Positions 11,690 through 22,702 of a stretch of 64,000 nt of DNA are shown piece by piece. The translations under genes were made by a program, and so were the position numbers. The notes beneath the pieces are model-generated. The model was not told the origin of the DNA. It saw nothing but the letters and a program-made list of their open reading frames with translations, and did not search any database. Position 1 is the first letter of the stretch, and every line of letters begins with the position of its first letter. Source of the DNA: Nemertoderma westbladi (taxonomy: Eukaryota > Animalia > Xenacoelomorpha); contig JAUCBJ010000896.1 in NCBI GenBank assembly GCA_032718475.1, positions 36,513 to 100,512 of the forward strand. Reading direction: 5' to 3'.

Positions 11690-13141
11690 TGGATGTTCCC
11701 GTTCATTGCTGCGGCCCGATGTTTAGCCAGCCATCCTGTCCCTCAGTTGAGTTCACCGTGGTGAAGCATAGTAAAACAGATAGAAAAGGGCAGATGTGAC
11801 AAGTATTTCTAACTTTTATTACAAAATCAAACAATAACTATTATACAATAAACAGAATAGATTAAATCGCAAGACTGAGATGTAATAGTGATGTAGTGAA
11901 TATTGAAGATTGAGATTGATAACTAATGAACGAAACTGCACCTTTTATACCAAATTTGTGCCGTAATCAATCGAGAAAATTCTCGATTGTTCTATGAGTT
12001 CTAACAGAATTTTAAAGATAGCCATTGGTCCAGCAAATATATAACTTGTACGACATTGGTTACAATCTAATAACTACAGTCTCATTGGTTAATCTTACTT
12101 CGAGCAAATGCAATTAATTTGTAGCGGTCAATTTAAATGAGTTGAAATTCTGCACAAAAAACAATTCGCACCTACTAGGATTCGAACTCAATACACACTA
12201 CATATAATTTCCAACGCTCTACCGACTGAGCTACTGAACCACTTGACTAATCATCGTACAAATAGATATAGCAAATACAAATGAGGACTTAATGTAATCT
12301 TTAGCAAAGTTAATTCGAATAAAATAAAAATTTTGAAAATCCACGGCGTTTAGAGAATATAATTCTATACCGCTCCATGAAAACAGGATATTATAGTGCA
12401 TAAAATATACGGTTTTCACCAATAATCAATCAAATTATAGAATACTTAGGGCGTACTTACATATTTACAAATTAAATTTCAAACAATACTTCCTTTCTAC
12501 ATAATGATTCGATACAAAATAATTACAAATTCAAACTTTACATATTTAAGGCTTTACTAAGTAAGTACAATATAAATCTAAATTAAATTCACCAATATAA
12601 ATCTATTGCATCTCAATATTGCAAAATTCAAATAATTACAAATACAAATAAATGAAAATCATAAGAAAGGCTCGCGAGTCTTCCATCTACTATTGCATCT
12701 CAAATATTGCATAAATTCAAATAATTACAAATACTTTTGTGCCTAAATATAGATTGCATAAGTTCGGAATAATTACAAATATGAGTCTTTCTAAGTACAA
12801 AACTTTCTAACTATAAAACTTTCTAAATAGAAAATATAATGCTTTACAAATGAAACTATAAGAAAGGCCCACGAGTCTTCCATCTACTCTTACTTTCTAT
12901 CTCACTGTAAATACAAATACTGCTTATAAGATATATATTGCATAGTATTCGGAACAATATAAATTGCATAAGTTCGGAATAATCACAAATATAAAATATA
13001 AATCTTGCAAAATACAAATTCTTACTAAATATAAATCTTACTAAATACGAGTTCTTCCAGAATACAAAACTTACTAAATATAAAACATATAATTCAAATA
13101 AATCACAAATTCACAAGAAAGGCTCACGAGTCTTCCGTCCA
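11690..13141 (-). promoter_or_regulatory. Probable LTR of element A (boundaries uncertain)
   Basis: On the minus strand: three CCAAT boxes (~12024, 12056, 12085), TATAAAAGG (~11941-11949) and AATAAA (~11815-11820), in LTR order. Candidate termini TGGA...TCCA, with purine tract AAAAGGGAGGGCAAGGG at 13142-13158. No second full copy is available to fix the ends. Confidence 0.5.
12156..12368 (-). repeat. tRNA-derived (Pol III A/B-box) segment, copy 1
   Basis: Minus strand reads GTAGCTCAGTCGGTAGAGCG...GAGTTCGAATCC followed by T6. There is no proper acceptor or anticodon stem, so it is not a tRNA gene. Near-identical to 15287-15497. Confidence 0.75.
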
Positions 13142-13156
13142 CCCTTGCCCTCCCTT

Positions 13157-14618
13157 TTATTGCTTAGTAGATCGAGCCCTGCCTCGTCCTCGAAAACTGC
13201 GCACAGGTGACTTTGCTCGCGATATGGGACTCGTGGGGCGAGTCACTGGTTTTGTTTGGACGTTGGGAGACGGTGCGCCCGTTTCCTCACAAATTCGTCT
13301 ATTTGGTATCCCGAAACCTCTACCGATTCCTCGTGACCGATCAGTTGTCACTACAGTTGGTAAAACGTCTGGGAACGCGCGGGAAGCGGACGACGCAGAC
13401 CCAAGAGTAGCTTGCACCCCCTTTTGATCAGCTGGTGTATGTCCCGATCCTCCTGTTGGTTCTCTAGGAAGCGATACCGTATCCCGAGTAATTCGAATAG
13501 TCGGCTCGACTCCCTTGCGTTCTTGTATATTAATAGACTTCTTTAATTGTTGGCTAACTTTCTGGACCCTTATGATCCTACCCTGCCCGTCCTCCCGAGG
13601 GTGACGTGCAGACGGCGCAACCAGAGTGGCTGGTATATTTGTCGCCTCTAGGATCTCCTCTTCCTCGAATACGCTCGCTCGTATACGCCTATGATAGAAC
13701 GCGGCTCGGTACGCCCATGCGACGGTTAACCAAGCTCCTTTATTCCGCTTTTCAGTTCGGAAACGATCAAATTCACCATACGTGATACGATTTACGACTT
13801 TCTGAAAATTCCACGTGTTCTTTTTGTCCGGGTGAATCTGTAATAGATACTCGCGCACCACTCGGAATCCACTGTCGTGAGGCAAGATGTCGACTACCTT
13901 GATAAGTTCGTCATATTGGGGCATAGCGGAGATGTATCCTTCCGACATCATCGTTTGGGGATTTACCGCCCAAAATCCAAGATGCGCCCTCATCGGAAAT
14001 CGTCTTCTTTGTGCCGATACATGTTCATCGGCTAAATCTTCCCACTCATCGAACAGTTTTCTCACGAGTTTTACAGATTCGTGTTCATAAGGTATGTCTC
14101 TTAGTTGGCATTCAGATGCTCGATGCCCTTTTATATTGCAATAAGTACATTGAGCCATAAATCTCCAGCAAGTATAAAAGGTATGAGACCCTTGATCTCC
14201 ACACCATCCACAGATTAGTTGAGTCGTAGTAATGTGCTTTCCACTGCACTTTGTCATATGATGTCCAGCGACGCCACATTTACAACACATCGTATTGGCA
14301 GGGTACCACACTCGTTCATATATAAGATCTCCAATTGGTCGAGCGCTTCCTCCCACACTATAATCATAATCATCTGGATCTATGGGTTGGTGTTTCTGAA
14401 GGTTGTATACAAACTACAGCATCTGTTGCTTCAAGTTGTCGAATCTCCGTCTGAGATTTCTTCGGGAGGTTCCTTTCAATCTCAGGAAGTTCCTCTAAAG
14501 GATCGTCAGTGATCGTAGTCGTTACTTCGAAATCATCACCAAGGTGACCGATAGGCGCGCGCGTCTGCCGTGATTCATCCATAACCTCCACGATACGTTC
14601 TCCTTCATAGGGTAACAA
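13157..14618 (-). CDS. Triple CCHC zinc-knuckle accessory protein ('ORF3') of an A-family element; frameshift near 14370-14413, 5' part cut by an LTR insertion at 14625
   Basis: CCKCGVAGHHMTKC, CGWCGDQGSHTFYTC and CTYCNIKGHRASEC, then LFDEWEDLA...HLGFW. The downstream DNA carries the element-A motif three times. Confidence 0.8.
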
Positions 14619-14624
14619 TGTAAA

Positions 14625-15286
14625 TGTTAGGGTTATGATTGATGGTGTTATGCGGGACTGATATACTGTATGTATATAGGTAGGAGGATTCCAAGGAGAT
14701 ACCGGTTACTACCTAGGTCAGTACGGCAGGAGGTAGAGATAGATAGATTCAGTACAGCAGTACATTGTATTCGTCCGTCCTGCTTTACTTTATGCCGTCA
14801 TACCATCAGTATGGGACTGCAGGTTTATAGGAATATATAGATATATATGATCATCACTTATCTTTATTATATCTTCACGTTTACCTTGGGAACTAACAAA
14901 TGGCGCTGCGAGTTGAAAGAAACCTATGGGCCTTGATACTGACTAACTGGACTACAGACCAGGGCCACGCATTGCTGCTTTGATTAGGCCTATTGATTTG
15001 ATACTACATCAGCAGGACGGTAATTGCAACTACAGAACTACTGACCAAATTGCTACATCAGTACAGACCGGTACGGATCAACCGTACTGAGGTCACTGCT
15101 ACAGCTTTTACATACGTACCGTCTCACCGTCGGTTGCTACCGCCACAACCAGACAACGATTACCGTTGCTTTCAAAACTTCTACCTACCATTCCAACCAG
15201 CCTAGACCGTACATTCCTGCATTCGTTTTTTCTTACACCGGTATTACAAACCGGGCTGGCAGGTGGGAAATAGTAATAGTAATAGG
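14625..15286 (+). mobile_element. Truncated LTR retrotransposon (probably Gypsy-like): 274-bp 5' LTR, PBS and short leader
   Basis: TGTTAG(14625)...CTAACA(14898) inverted termini, followed after 2 nt by TGGCGCTGCGAG, which resembles the complement of a tRNA-Ser 3' end. Confidence 0.7.
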
Positions 15287-15497
15287 AAAACAATTTGCAC
15301 CTACTAGGATTCGAACTCAATACACACTACATATAATTTCCAACGCTCTACCGACTGAGCTACTGAACCACTTGACTAATCATCGTACAAATAGATATAG
15401 CAAATACAAATGAGGACTTAATGTAATCTTTAGCAAAGTTAATTCGAATAAAATAAAAATTTTGAAAATCCACAGCGTTTAGAGAATATAATTCTAT
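15287..15497 (-). repeat. tRNA-derived segment, copy 2
   Basis: ~210-bp direct repeat of 12158-12368 with about 2 substitutions. Confidence 0.8.
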
Positions 15498-15896
15498 AAG
15501 AGACGTGACCCCGCGCCCGTGTAGAACCATGACCTTGCGCCCGTGTGGAGAAATGACCCCGCGCCCGGGTAGAGACGTGACACATCACCCCGTGTAGAAG
15601 CGTGACCCTGCGCCCGTGTAGAGCTGTGATCCCGCGCCCAGGTAGAGACGTGACACATCACCCCATGCCCATGTAGAAGCGTGACCCCGCGCCCATGTAG
15701 AAGCGTGACCCCGCACCCGTGTAGAGACGTGACCCCGCACCTGGGTAGAGACGTGACACATCACCCCGTGCCCGTCTAGAAGCGTGACCCGGCGCCCGTG
15801 TAGAAGCGTGACCCCACGCCCGTATAGAGACGTGACCCCGGGCTCGGGTAGAGACGTGACACATCACCTCGTGTAGAAGCGTGACCCCGCGCCCGG
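15498..15896. repeat. GC-rich ~23-bp minisatellite (GTAGAGACGTGACCCCGCGCCCGT)
   Basis: Tandem degenerate units visible directly. Confidence 0.9.
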
Positions 15897-15961
15897 ATTT
15901 GGAGTGTTGTAATTTAGTAACCTTTAATTTTATTATTCTTTTTTCACTGTTCAGTGACGCC

Positions 15962-16196
15962 CCTGTCTGTAACTGGTAGGCAGTCTGTTGGTAACTGGAA
16001 GCCAGGCGGCAGCAGTCTTTCTGTGAAAGTTAATCATAAGAATGTAATTTAAAGTGATAACTAACACACAGTGGTATCTATACTAAGGTTAGTTACTAAT
16101 AATTGTTCTATAAAGGTCTTAATACTTGCCGCCTTTGATTGCCTTTATGAGACTTTATTGATTGCATAAGCTCTCTGCTCTCAGCTCTTTTCCTTT
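15962..16196 (+). pseudogene. Orphan duplicate of the promoter and exon-1 region of the fibrinogen-domain gene, with TATA and ATG deleted
   Basis: Matches ~44940-45138, joined directly to ~45283-45305 (gcataag|ctctctgctctcagctcttttcct). Confidence 0.75.
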
Positions 16197-16368
16197 CGGC
16201 TGTAAATCCAAAAGGCGTCTGCGGCATAGAAGGGAAGTTTTACCTTATAAAGTGTGGGTTGGATGTTTCCTTAAACCCCGGTTTATACACTCAAAAAAAT
16301 TTATTGTTCTCCAAACTGCCAAAAACATTATCAGTACGACAACATAATCTATTTAAAAAATATAAGAA

Positions 16369-16913
16369 TGTGATGGGATCCACGAAGGATCCCGATTTAT
16401 CCGTTTGTCAATTTACGCGTCCCCGCCGTGTGTGAAAGGTAAAAGAGTTTGCGTTGTTCGTTGTATATAATTTCCGGGTATAGATAGGTATAGATAATGT
16501 GTTATAGTATAGAGTATCTAAATGTTGGTATATGGAAGGCGGGAAACGGTAATTGAAGTCCCGGTACTTCCCTAGCTAAACTATCCCAACTAACACCAAT
16601 AACATACTGAGATAACTGAACTGAATGATTGCTGATACCTAATAATATATTGCACGGTTTGGCCTTGCTACAGTAAATAGCCGATGCTTCCCCCCTGATT
16701 GGCTAATATCCTTGTTGGCGCCCTTTGGAGTGTTCCCGTTCACTCCAGCTATTCTCCCTCTGTTAGGGGTTTGGCCCCTGACCCTCATTGTGCGTCTCTC
16801 CTTCCCACTTTGTTGGGGTGACACGAGTTATTGATTATCCAATCTCGTGGCCCCCAATATTGCTTAATGATTGACTTTATGGGTTCGTGTTAGCGGAATT
16901 GAATAAGCTAACA
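16369..16913 (-). repeat. 3' LTR of element B (545 bp)
   Basis: TG...CA termini, adjacent G-rich PPT, matches 35703-36129. Confidence 0.93.
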
Positions 16914-17650
16914 CTCCCCCCCATGCTATCTTCCCGGTGAGAAGATAGCATCCACCTTTAAGTGCGCTACAATTCCGCTGGACCCCGATCTAGTATCGGG
17001 TGTGGGGTGGAACTATTTTCTCTCAGAGCCGGCTTTCCAGGCCGCTCCCTATGGGTATGATATCGCTACCCGGGTTCGCCTGGCATCCCATGTCGGGCTG
17101 ATTGTGCGCTCCTCTCACACGACTTTTGTTTCCCCAACACTTTCGCCACTTTGACTCCACTCCGTTCTCACCCTGACTCTCTTCTACTCCTCTTCTCTCT
17201 CACTCTAACTCTCGGACTTCCCTGTCCCTCACTCAGCCTCTTATCCTCCCCCCCCACACTTGAATTGCATCCGCGCTCTCTCCGCACACCGCACTATCAC
17301 CTTTACTCGACCCCTCTTTGACCTCCTTATCCTTTCTGACGAGTCCCACCCCCCTCCTGTGCTGTCGCACTCAAGAAGTGTGAAATCGTCTGGTGTCTCG
17401 TCCATAGTGCCATAGTCAGTTAGCCCCCCAGTCCCAGTAGCTAATTGAGAAAGGTTGTATGACTATAGTACTTACTTCGAATGTATATTTCATGACTAAA
17501 CTACTGATTACTACGTACGTACATACAAATTGCACTTATTTAATTATTTGCATCATTTTGAATTTGTACTTAATAGTTCGTACTTCCCACGTGGCGCCTT
17601 CCAGGCGTACCACGTCCAAGTCTCAGTTTCTCTCTCCCAGCCCTGGGAAC

Positions 17651-19047
17651 CTATTTGTCCCTCCTGAGATAGTTCCCTCTGGCGTCCTCCTCCCTGGGTC
17701 GTTTCTTGGTCACTACCGCTCCTCTGGGATCCGCTTTCTGCCTTCGGACTTTCGCCGCCACCTCCCTACTGATCCCGGTCATTGGCTCCTTGGGCGCTGG
17801 TGTTATCAGTGCCCGATATCGCTTCGCCGGTGGCCCCTCCGAGTGGCCCTGTTGTCTCCCCCTGGTGGCGTCCCATAAGATCATCTTCATTGCCTGCGGC
17901 ACGTGCTCCGCCAAGAAATCCCTAAACTCCCCTCGGTTCTGTGGTGTCCACCTGTCCAAATACCTTTGTGTATTTATTACCCCGGCATACGACGCCGCCG
18001 TCGCTACCTCTTGATAGGTAAACGGTAGCCTCCTCTTTATGATCTCCAAGTGAGCCTCCTGGTTGATTAGGAAGAAACCCCAATTAAACTCCTGGGCCTT
18101 CATGCGTTGCCGCGTCATGGCCCCGACGTCGGCCCATTCTTCGAAGATCCTGAACTTCTCCTCATCGTCCATCCAGTCGCACTGGTGTCCGTAGTGTCCC
18201 CAAAAGTTACACTTCGGACATCGGTTATGCAACCGTGGACACGCCCAATCCTGTGGCTCGACTCGCGGCAGTAGAGACAACTAGTCCCTTTCTGGAATCG
18301 GTACAGGCAGCTCATTTCCTGGTGGGTCTGTCTCCCACAGTAGTCACAGCCGAGCACCAATGTCTCCCGCCCCACGTCGTCTTTCGTCCCAAGCGATCTC
18401 CGCGGTCTGTGGAGTCGCTGATAGGCAAACTTCTGGACGTTAGCGTCCCTGTCTACGTCGATTTCCTCACCCCTCCCGGGCATTGTCTCCCCGAATACTA
18501 CTCGTGGTGCCGTCCCCGGTTGATCGCCCAACCTGATAGTGCTCCCCGCGAAATCCATCGCCGGTCCCTCGTGCACCCAGGCCCGCTTGCCGGGTTTGTC
18601 CCAGAAGGCTCTTGCCCCACTGGCCGTCACCACCCTCCCGCCAACCCAGTCCGTGTCCGAGTGGCCTATCCTCTCGATGGGTGGCATCTCTCTGAACTCG
18701 TCGTCGTCCTCGTCCTCCTCTCGCAGTGGTTCCAACCCCGGTATCCTGGTGGACCCACTATGTCCCTTCCCGCCTTGGTTCTTGCCCGTAACTCTCCATT
18801 CCTCAAGCTCCCCTAGCTTCCTTTGCGGTTGATCGCCCTCGGCGCCTGCTGGTATGGGCATCGCTTGCAATCCCGACGTCGACTGTTTCGGTGATCCCAC
18901 CGTCCACCCCAGTTCTTTCCCTAGAGACTCCCCCGAACTCCCTGACGAAGTCCAACGAAGTACGTCTAAGGCCATTTGTTCCTCGAAGCCGTAGCTCTGC
19001 GCCCTAGCTTCCTCCTCCCTCTCTTCTGCTTCTCTCCTCTCCCACAA
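17651..19047 (-). pseudogene. Triple CCHC zinc-knuckle accessory ORF3 of element B (one frameshift near 18255)
   Basis: CDYCGRQTHQEMSC, CLYCRESSH/DWAC and CPKCNFWGHYGHQC, then FRIFEEWADVG...NWGFF. Same architecture as 13157-14356. Confidence 0.8.
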
Positions 19048-20127
19048 GTTTGCCTGCCATCTCGAACTCTGCCCGATCGCTCACCCGTAGGTGGTGCCTT
19101 GCCAAGGTGTGACGGGATCTACGGATCCCGGTTTATCCGTTGGGTTTTCTATCTACGCGTCCCCGCCGTGTGTGAAAGGTAAAAGAGTTCTGATGTTCGG
19201 TTATATGTATAAGGTATAATATAGTTGATATATAGGCTTTAGTATAGTATGGCACAGTTACCGGTAGATAAGTATGATGGCAGTAGCGGACGGTGATAGA
19301 AGTCACCGTTCCACCCTACTGAACTAACTGAGTAAACTGAGTGAATGATTGCTGTACAGGTAATATATACTGCACGGGTTTGGCCGTTACAGTACTTAGT
19401 CGATGCTGTCCCCCCATTGGCTAATATCCCTGTTGGCACCCTTTGCCCCCCTCTGAAGTGCTTCCCTTCGCCCTTGCTGTTCTCTCTTGGTTAGGGGTTT
19501 GGCCCCTGACCCTTATTGTGTGTGTCTCCTTTGGGGCCTGTTGTCCCCGTTTACTGGGGTGACACGAGGTTGATTGGTAATCAACCTCGTGCTCCCAATA
19601 TTGCTTAATGGCTCACTCTATGGGTTTGTGTTAGCGGAATTGGATAAGCTAACACTCCCCCCCATGCTATCTTCCCGGTGAGAAGATAGCATCCAACTCA
19701 AGTGCGCTACAATTCCGCTGGATCCCGATCTATTATCGGGTGTGGGGTGGGTCTATTTTTTCGGAGTCGGCTTTCCAGGCCGCTCCCTATGGGTATGATG
19801 TCACTACCCTCTGGCGTCTCGTGTCGGGCCGATCGTGCGCTTCTCTCATACAATTTTTGTTTCCCCAACACTCTCACCACTCTAACTCCGCTCTCTGACT
19901 CAACTCGCTCTTACCCTCTCCCCACACCTGAATCGCACTCCTCTCTCTCGCCAACAGTTCCTCTCACTATCTCCTCTCTAATCTCTGCCACTCTCTAAGG
20001 CCCTGACCTCTAATGCTACCCCTGTGCTATCATACTATCTACCTACTACTCACTTGCTAACTATCTAACTCTCTTACTAACTCTAACTATCTCTCTAAGC
20101 CTACTAACTTTAACTCTAACTCTTTTA

Positions 20128-20825
20128 CTACGTGGTGCTTAGGGTGCCCACAACCCTCTGCTACTACCTCCATCTACGTGGCGCTTGCGGTGCCCACAAC
20201 CACTCTACTACTAACACTAACTAAAACCCTCTATCTACGTGGCGCTTGTGGTGCCCACAACCACTCTACTATCTACCCTCTACTACTCTACTACCTGGCA
20301 CCCTATGTGCCCTCTCTACTACTCTACTCTCTGGCACCCTATGTGCCCTCTCTACTACCTCTATTCTATCTACATCTCCACCTCAACTAATACCTCTATC
20401 TACGTGGTGCTAACGGTGCCCACAACCACAACCGGTACTACGTACCCTCTTACTAACTCTACCAACTCTCTACTAACTCTACTAACTCTCTATCTACGTG
20501 GCGCTTGTGGTGCCCACAACCATTCTACTACTACTTCTACTCTGCTAATATCTTTCTACGTGGCGCTTCCGGTGCCCACAACCACTCTCTGCTACTACTT
20601 TCTACGTGGCGCTTGCGGTGCCCACAACCCCTCTCTGCTACTACTTTCTACGTGGCGCTTACGGTGCCCACAACCTCCCTACTACTACTCGTGGCATGAC
20701 AATATGCCACACTCCCTTACCCCGCCGCCTTCTAACTTCTCTACTTACTATCCTTCTACGTGGCGCTTACGGTGCCCACAACCTCCCTACTACTACTCGT
20801 AGCATGACAATATGCCACACTCCCT
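20128..20825. repeat. Array of ~9 CTACGTGGCGCTTNNGGTGCCCACAACC hairpins in the 3' UTR of B'
   Basis: Copies near 20128, 20174, 20235, 20400, 20493, 20556, 20602, 20648 and 20756, separated by G-poor linkers. Confidence 0.9.
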
Positions 20826-21217
20826 TACCCCGCCGCCTTCTAACTTACCCTCTACTAACTTATCTTCTGCTAACTATTATTATTTAATTATTTATTATTA
20901 TTTATTTTTATTTTTAATTAAATAATTAATTTCTTGTGGGAAGGGCGTCTCGTCTCGCCCTCATTCCCACCCCCCTCAGTCCAAATATTGGACGACTAAA
21001 CTCTAAGCTGCCCCTCGATCTTCCATCGATTCTTCCATAAGGCACTGTCCCGCTGTCCCCCTGCGCGTCCTCTTATCTTTCCACCCACTTTCCTCGCCAA
21101 CTCCAACTCATCTGGAATTGGCTCTCCCCCTTTCACCACCCCAAAATCGGGTCTCTCCACCACCTTCTTAACTATGTCCTCTCTTGGCATCAAAATGCCA
21201 TCTCTTTCTTTGTTGTC

Positions 21218-22702
21218 TCACGCTGGCAGAATGAATAGAAAGTGAAAGAACAGGCAGAACAGTAGTCCTATTCCTTTCCATCCTGCCTTCCTTCTCGACT
21301 TCCCCCTTGTCGGTATGCCTCCAAACCGGACCGGCATCTCTTCCGGACACTCCTCTAGACACTCCTCCAGACACTCCTCTGGAGTGTTGTCCTCCGGACA
21401 CCTCGCCGTCCGCTCCGCTTCATCTCCATACCGATGCTTGCTGGGAAACCTACTCTCCTCTGCCCACTTTCTTACTGTCACCTCCCTATCTGGCTCTACT
21501 ATCTCCTCCGGCTTCTTATCTTCGTCCTCTGTGTCTGCGGTGCCTGGTAACATGCATCCTGATGTCTCTGTCACACTGCATGGTATCTTAGTTTTAACTG
21601 GGCCGCTAAGCATCCACCCGAACGGCGTGAGGATCGCCGTCGGATCCCGCTGCCTGTCTTCGCCGAAGACCGTCTTCGTTCTCTCGTGGGCCGTCGGGCA
21701 GTCCATCCCTACTATAATGGACACCTTCCTAACGTCCACCTTTGGTATTGAGAAATCGATACCATCCAGGAATCTATATTGTTCGACCTCAATGTTGGTT
21801 GGTCGCCTGGCGTTGATGTTTATCGATTCTATGACGTGGATGGGGTCGATCGTCGCCCCATAGTCGTATCCCGGTGCAATCGCTGCTATCCTGCACCGCC
21901 CCACCCTCGTCTCCAGGACCTCATCTTTACTCGAGACGGTAGTCACCACCATTCTATTCGGCCTTGTCTTTAGCCCTATCTCTTCGGCCACCCAGTTCTC
22001 CACCAGCGTGAAGGCTGCTCCACTGTCGACCAGCATTAATGTCGTTACTGATCGACCGCCCTCTCCTGATATCTTTACTGGTACTACCCCGAGTAGTACT
22101 TTTCTCTTCTTCTTCTCTTCTGTCGTGCTTGTGGCCATTGCCTGGCCTCCAGTCTCGGACTCTCTAACTGCTGTTTCTCTACACTCTCCGGATCTGTGTC
22201 CTTCTACCACACATCGATGACATAGTCCGTTCGCGTCTGTGTAGGCTATACGATCTTGTTTGGGCAACGCTTGCCAGTGCTTACAACTCCTGGTCTTATG
22301 TGTTCCATCCCGATGTAATTGACATTCGAATCCTGGATCATAGCGTTCCCTGTATAGTCCCTCACGTATCGCGCCTAGGTTTATATGTACCGATTTAGTG
22401 TTTTGGTTGTCTGTATTCGGCCTACTGGGTACATTGGGATTATGTTTATTTATGGTGTTATTTTCTTTCTGTCCCCGCCATGGTGTGGCCCTGCTACCAG
22501 CTAACTGTGGACTAGCAGTCCCCTGTGTGGCCGCATGTGGTAGTGATTGTCCGCATGACCTGTTCTCATCCAAGGGGTTCGATGTCCTTGCTCCTATTGG
22601 GGTATATTGTCGATATTGTGATGGGGGAATGTCACCCTGTCCCCCCCCCCCACCGGTATGTTTGGTACTGGGGTTGATGTTAATATATTGGGGCCCATAC
22701 AT
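21218..22702 (-). CDS. B' nucleocapsid-protease ORF with the capsid deleted and a hydrophobic C-terminus
   Basis: CHRCVVEGHRSGEC, LVDSGAAFT and TPFGW motifs; ends IGLLFCLFFHFLFILPA. Confidence 0.8.
   Translation of the reverse strand: MYGPQYININPSTKHTGGGGGQGDIPPSQYRQYTPIGARTSNPLDENRSCGQSLPHAATQGTASPQLAGSRATPWRGQKENNTINKHNPNVPSRPNTDNQNTKSVHINLGAIREGLYRERYDPGFECQLHRDGTHKTRSCKHWQALPKQDRIAYTDANGLCHRCVVEGHRSGECRETAVRESETGGQAMATSTTEEKKKRKVLLGVVPVKISGEGGRSVTTLMLVDSGAAFTLVENWVAEEIGLKTRPNRMVVTTVSSKDEVLETRVGRCRIAAIAPGYDYGATIDPIHVIESININARRPTNIEVEQYRFLDGIDFSIPKVDVRKVSIIVGMDCPTAHERTKTVFGEDRQRDPTAILTPFGWMLSGPVKTKIPCSVTETSGCMLPGTADTEDEDKKPEEIVEPDREVTVRKWAEESRFPSKHRYGDEAERTARCPEDNTPEECLEECLEECPEEMPVRFGGIPTRGKSRRKAGWKGIGLLFCLFFHFLFILPA

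Larger units (their letters stand above)
1..11690 (-). mobile_element. BEL/Pao LTR retrotransposon A, internal region (leader, gag-pro-pol, extra 3' ORF); 3' end outside the window
   Basis: Domain order Gag-PR-RT-RH-IN with Pao-type motifs. Boundary with the LTR is approximate. Confidence 0.9.

Noticed and set aside
12162-12242. Functional tRNA gene
   Set aside because: A and B boxes are present, but the acceptor and anticodon stems do not pair.
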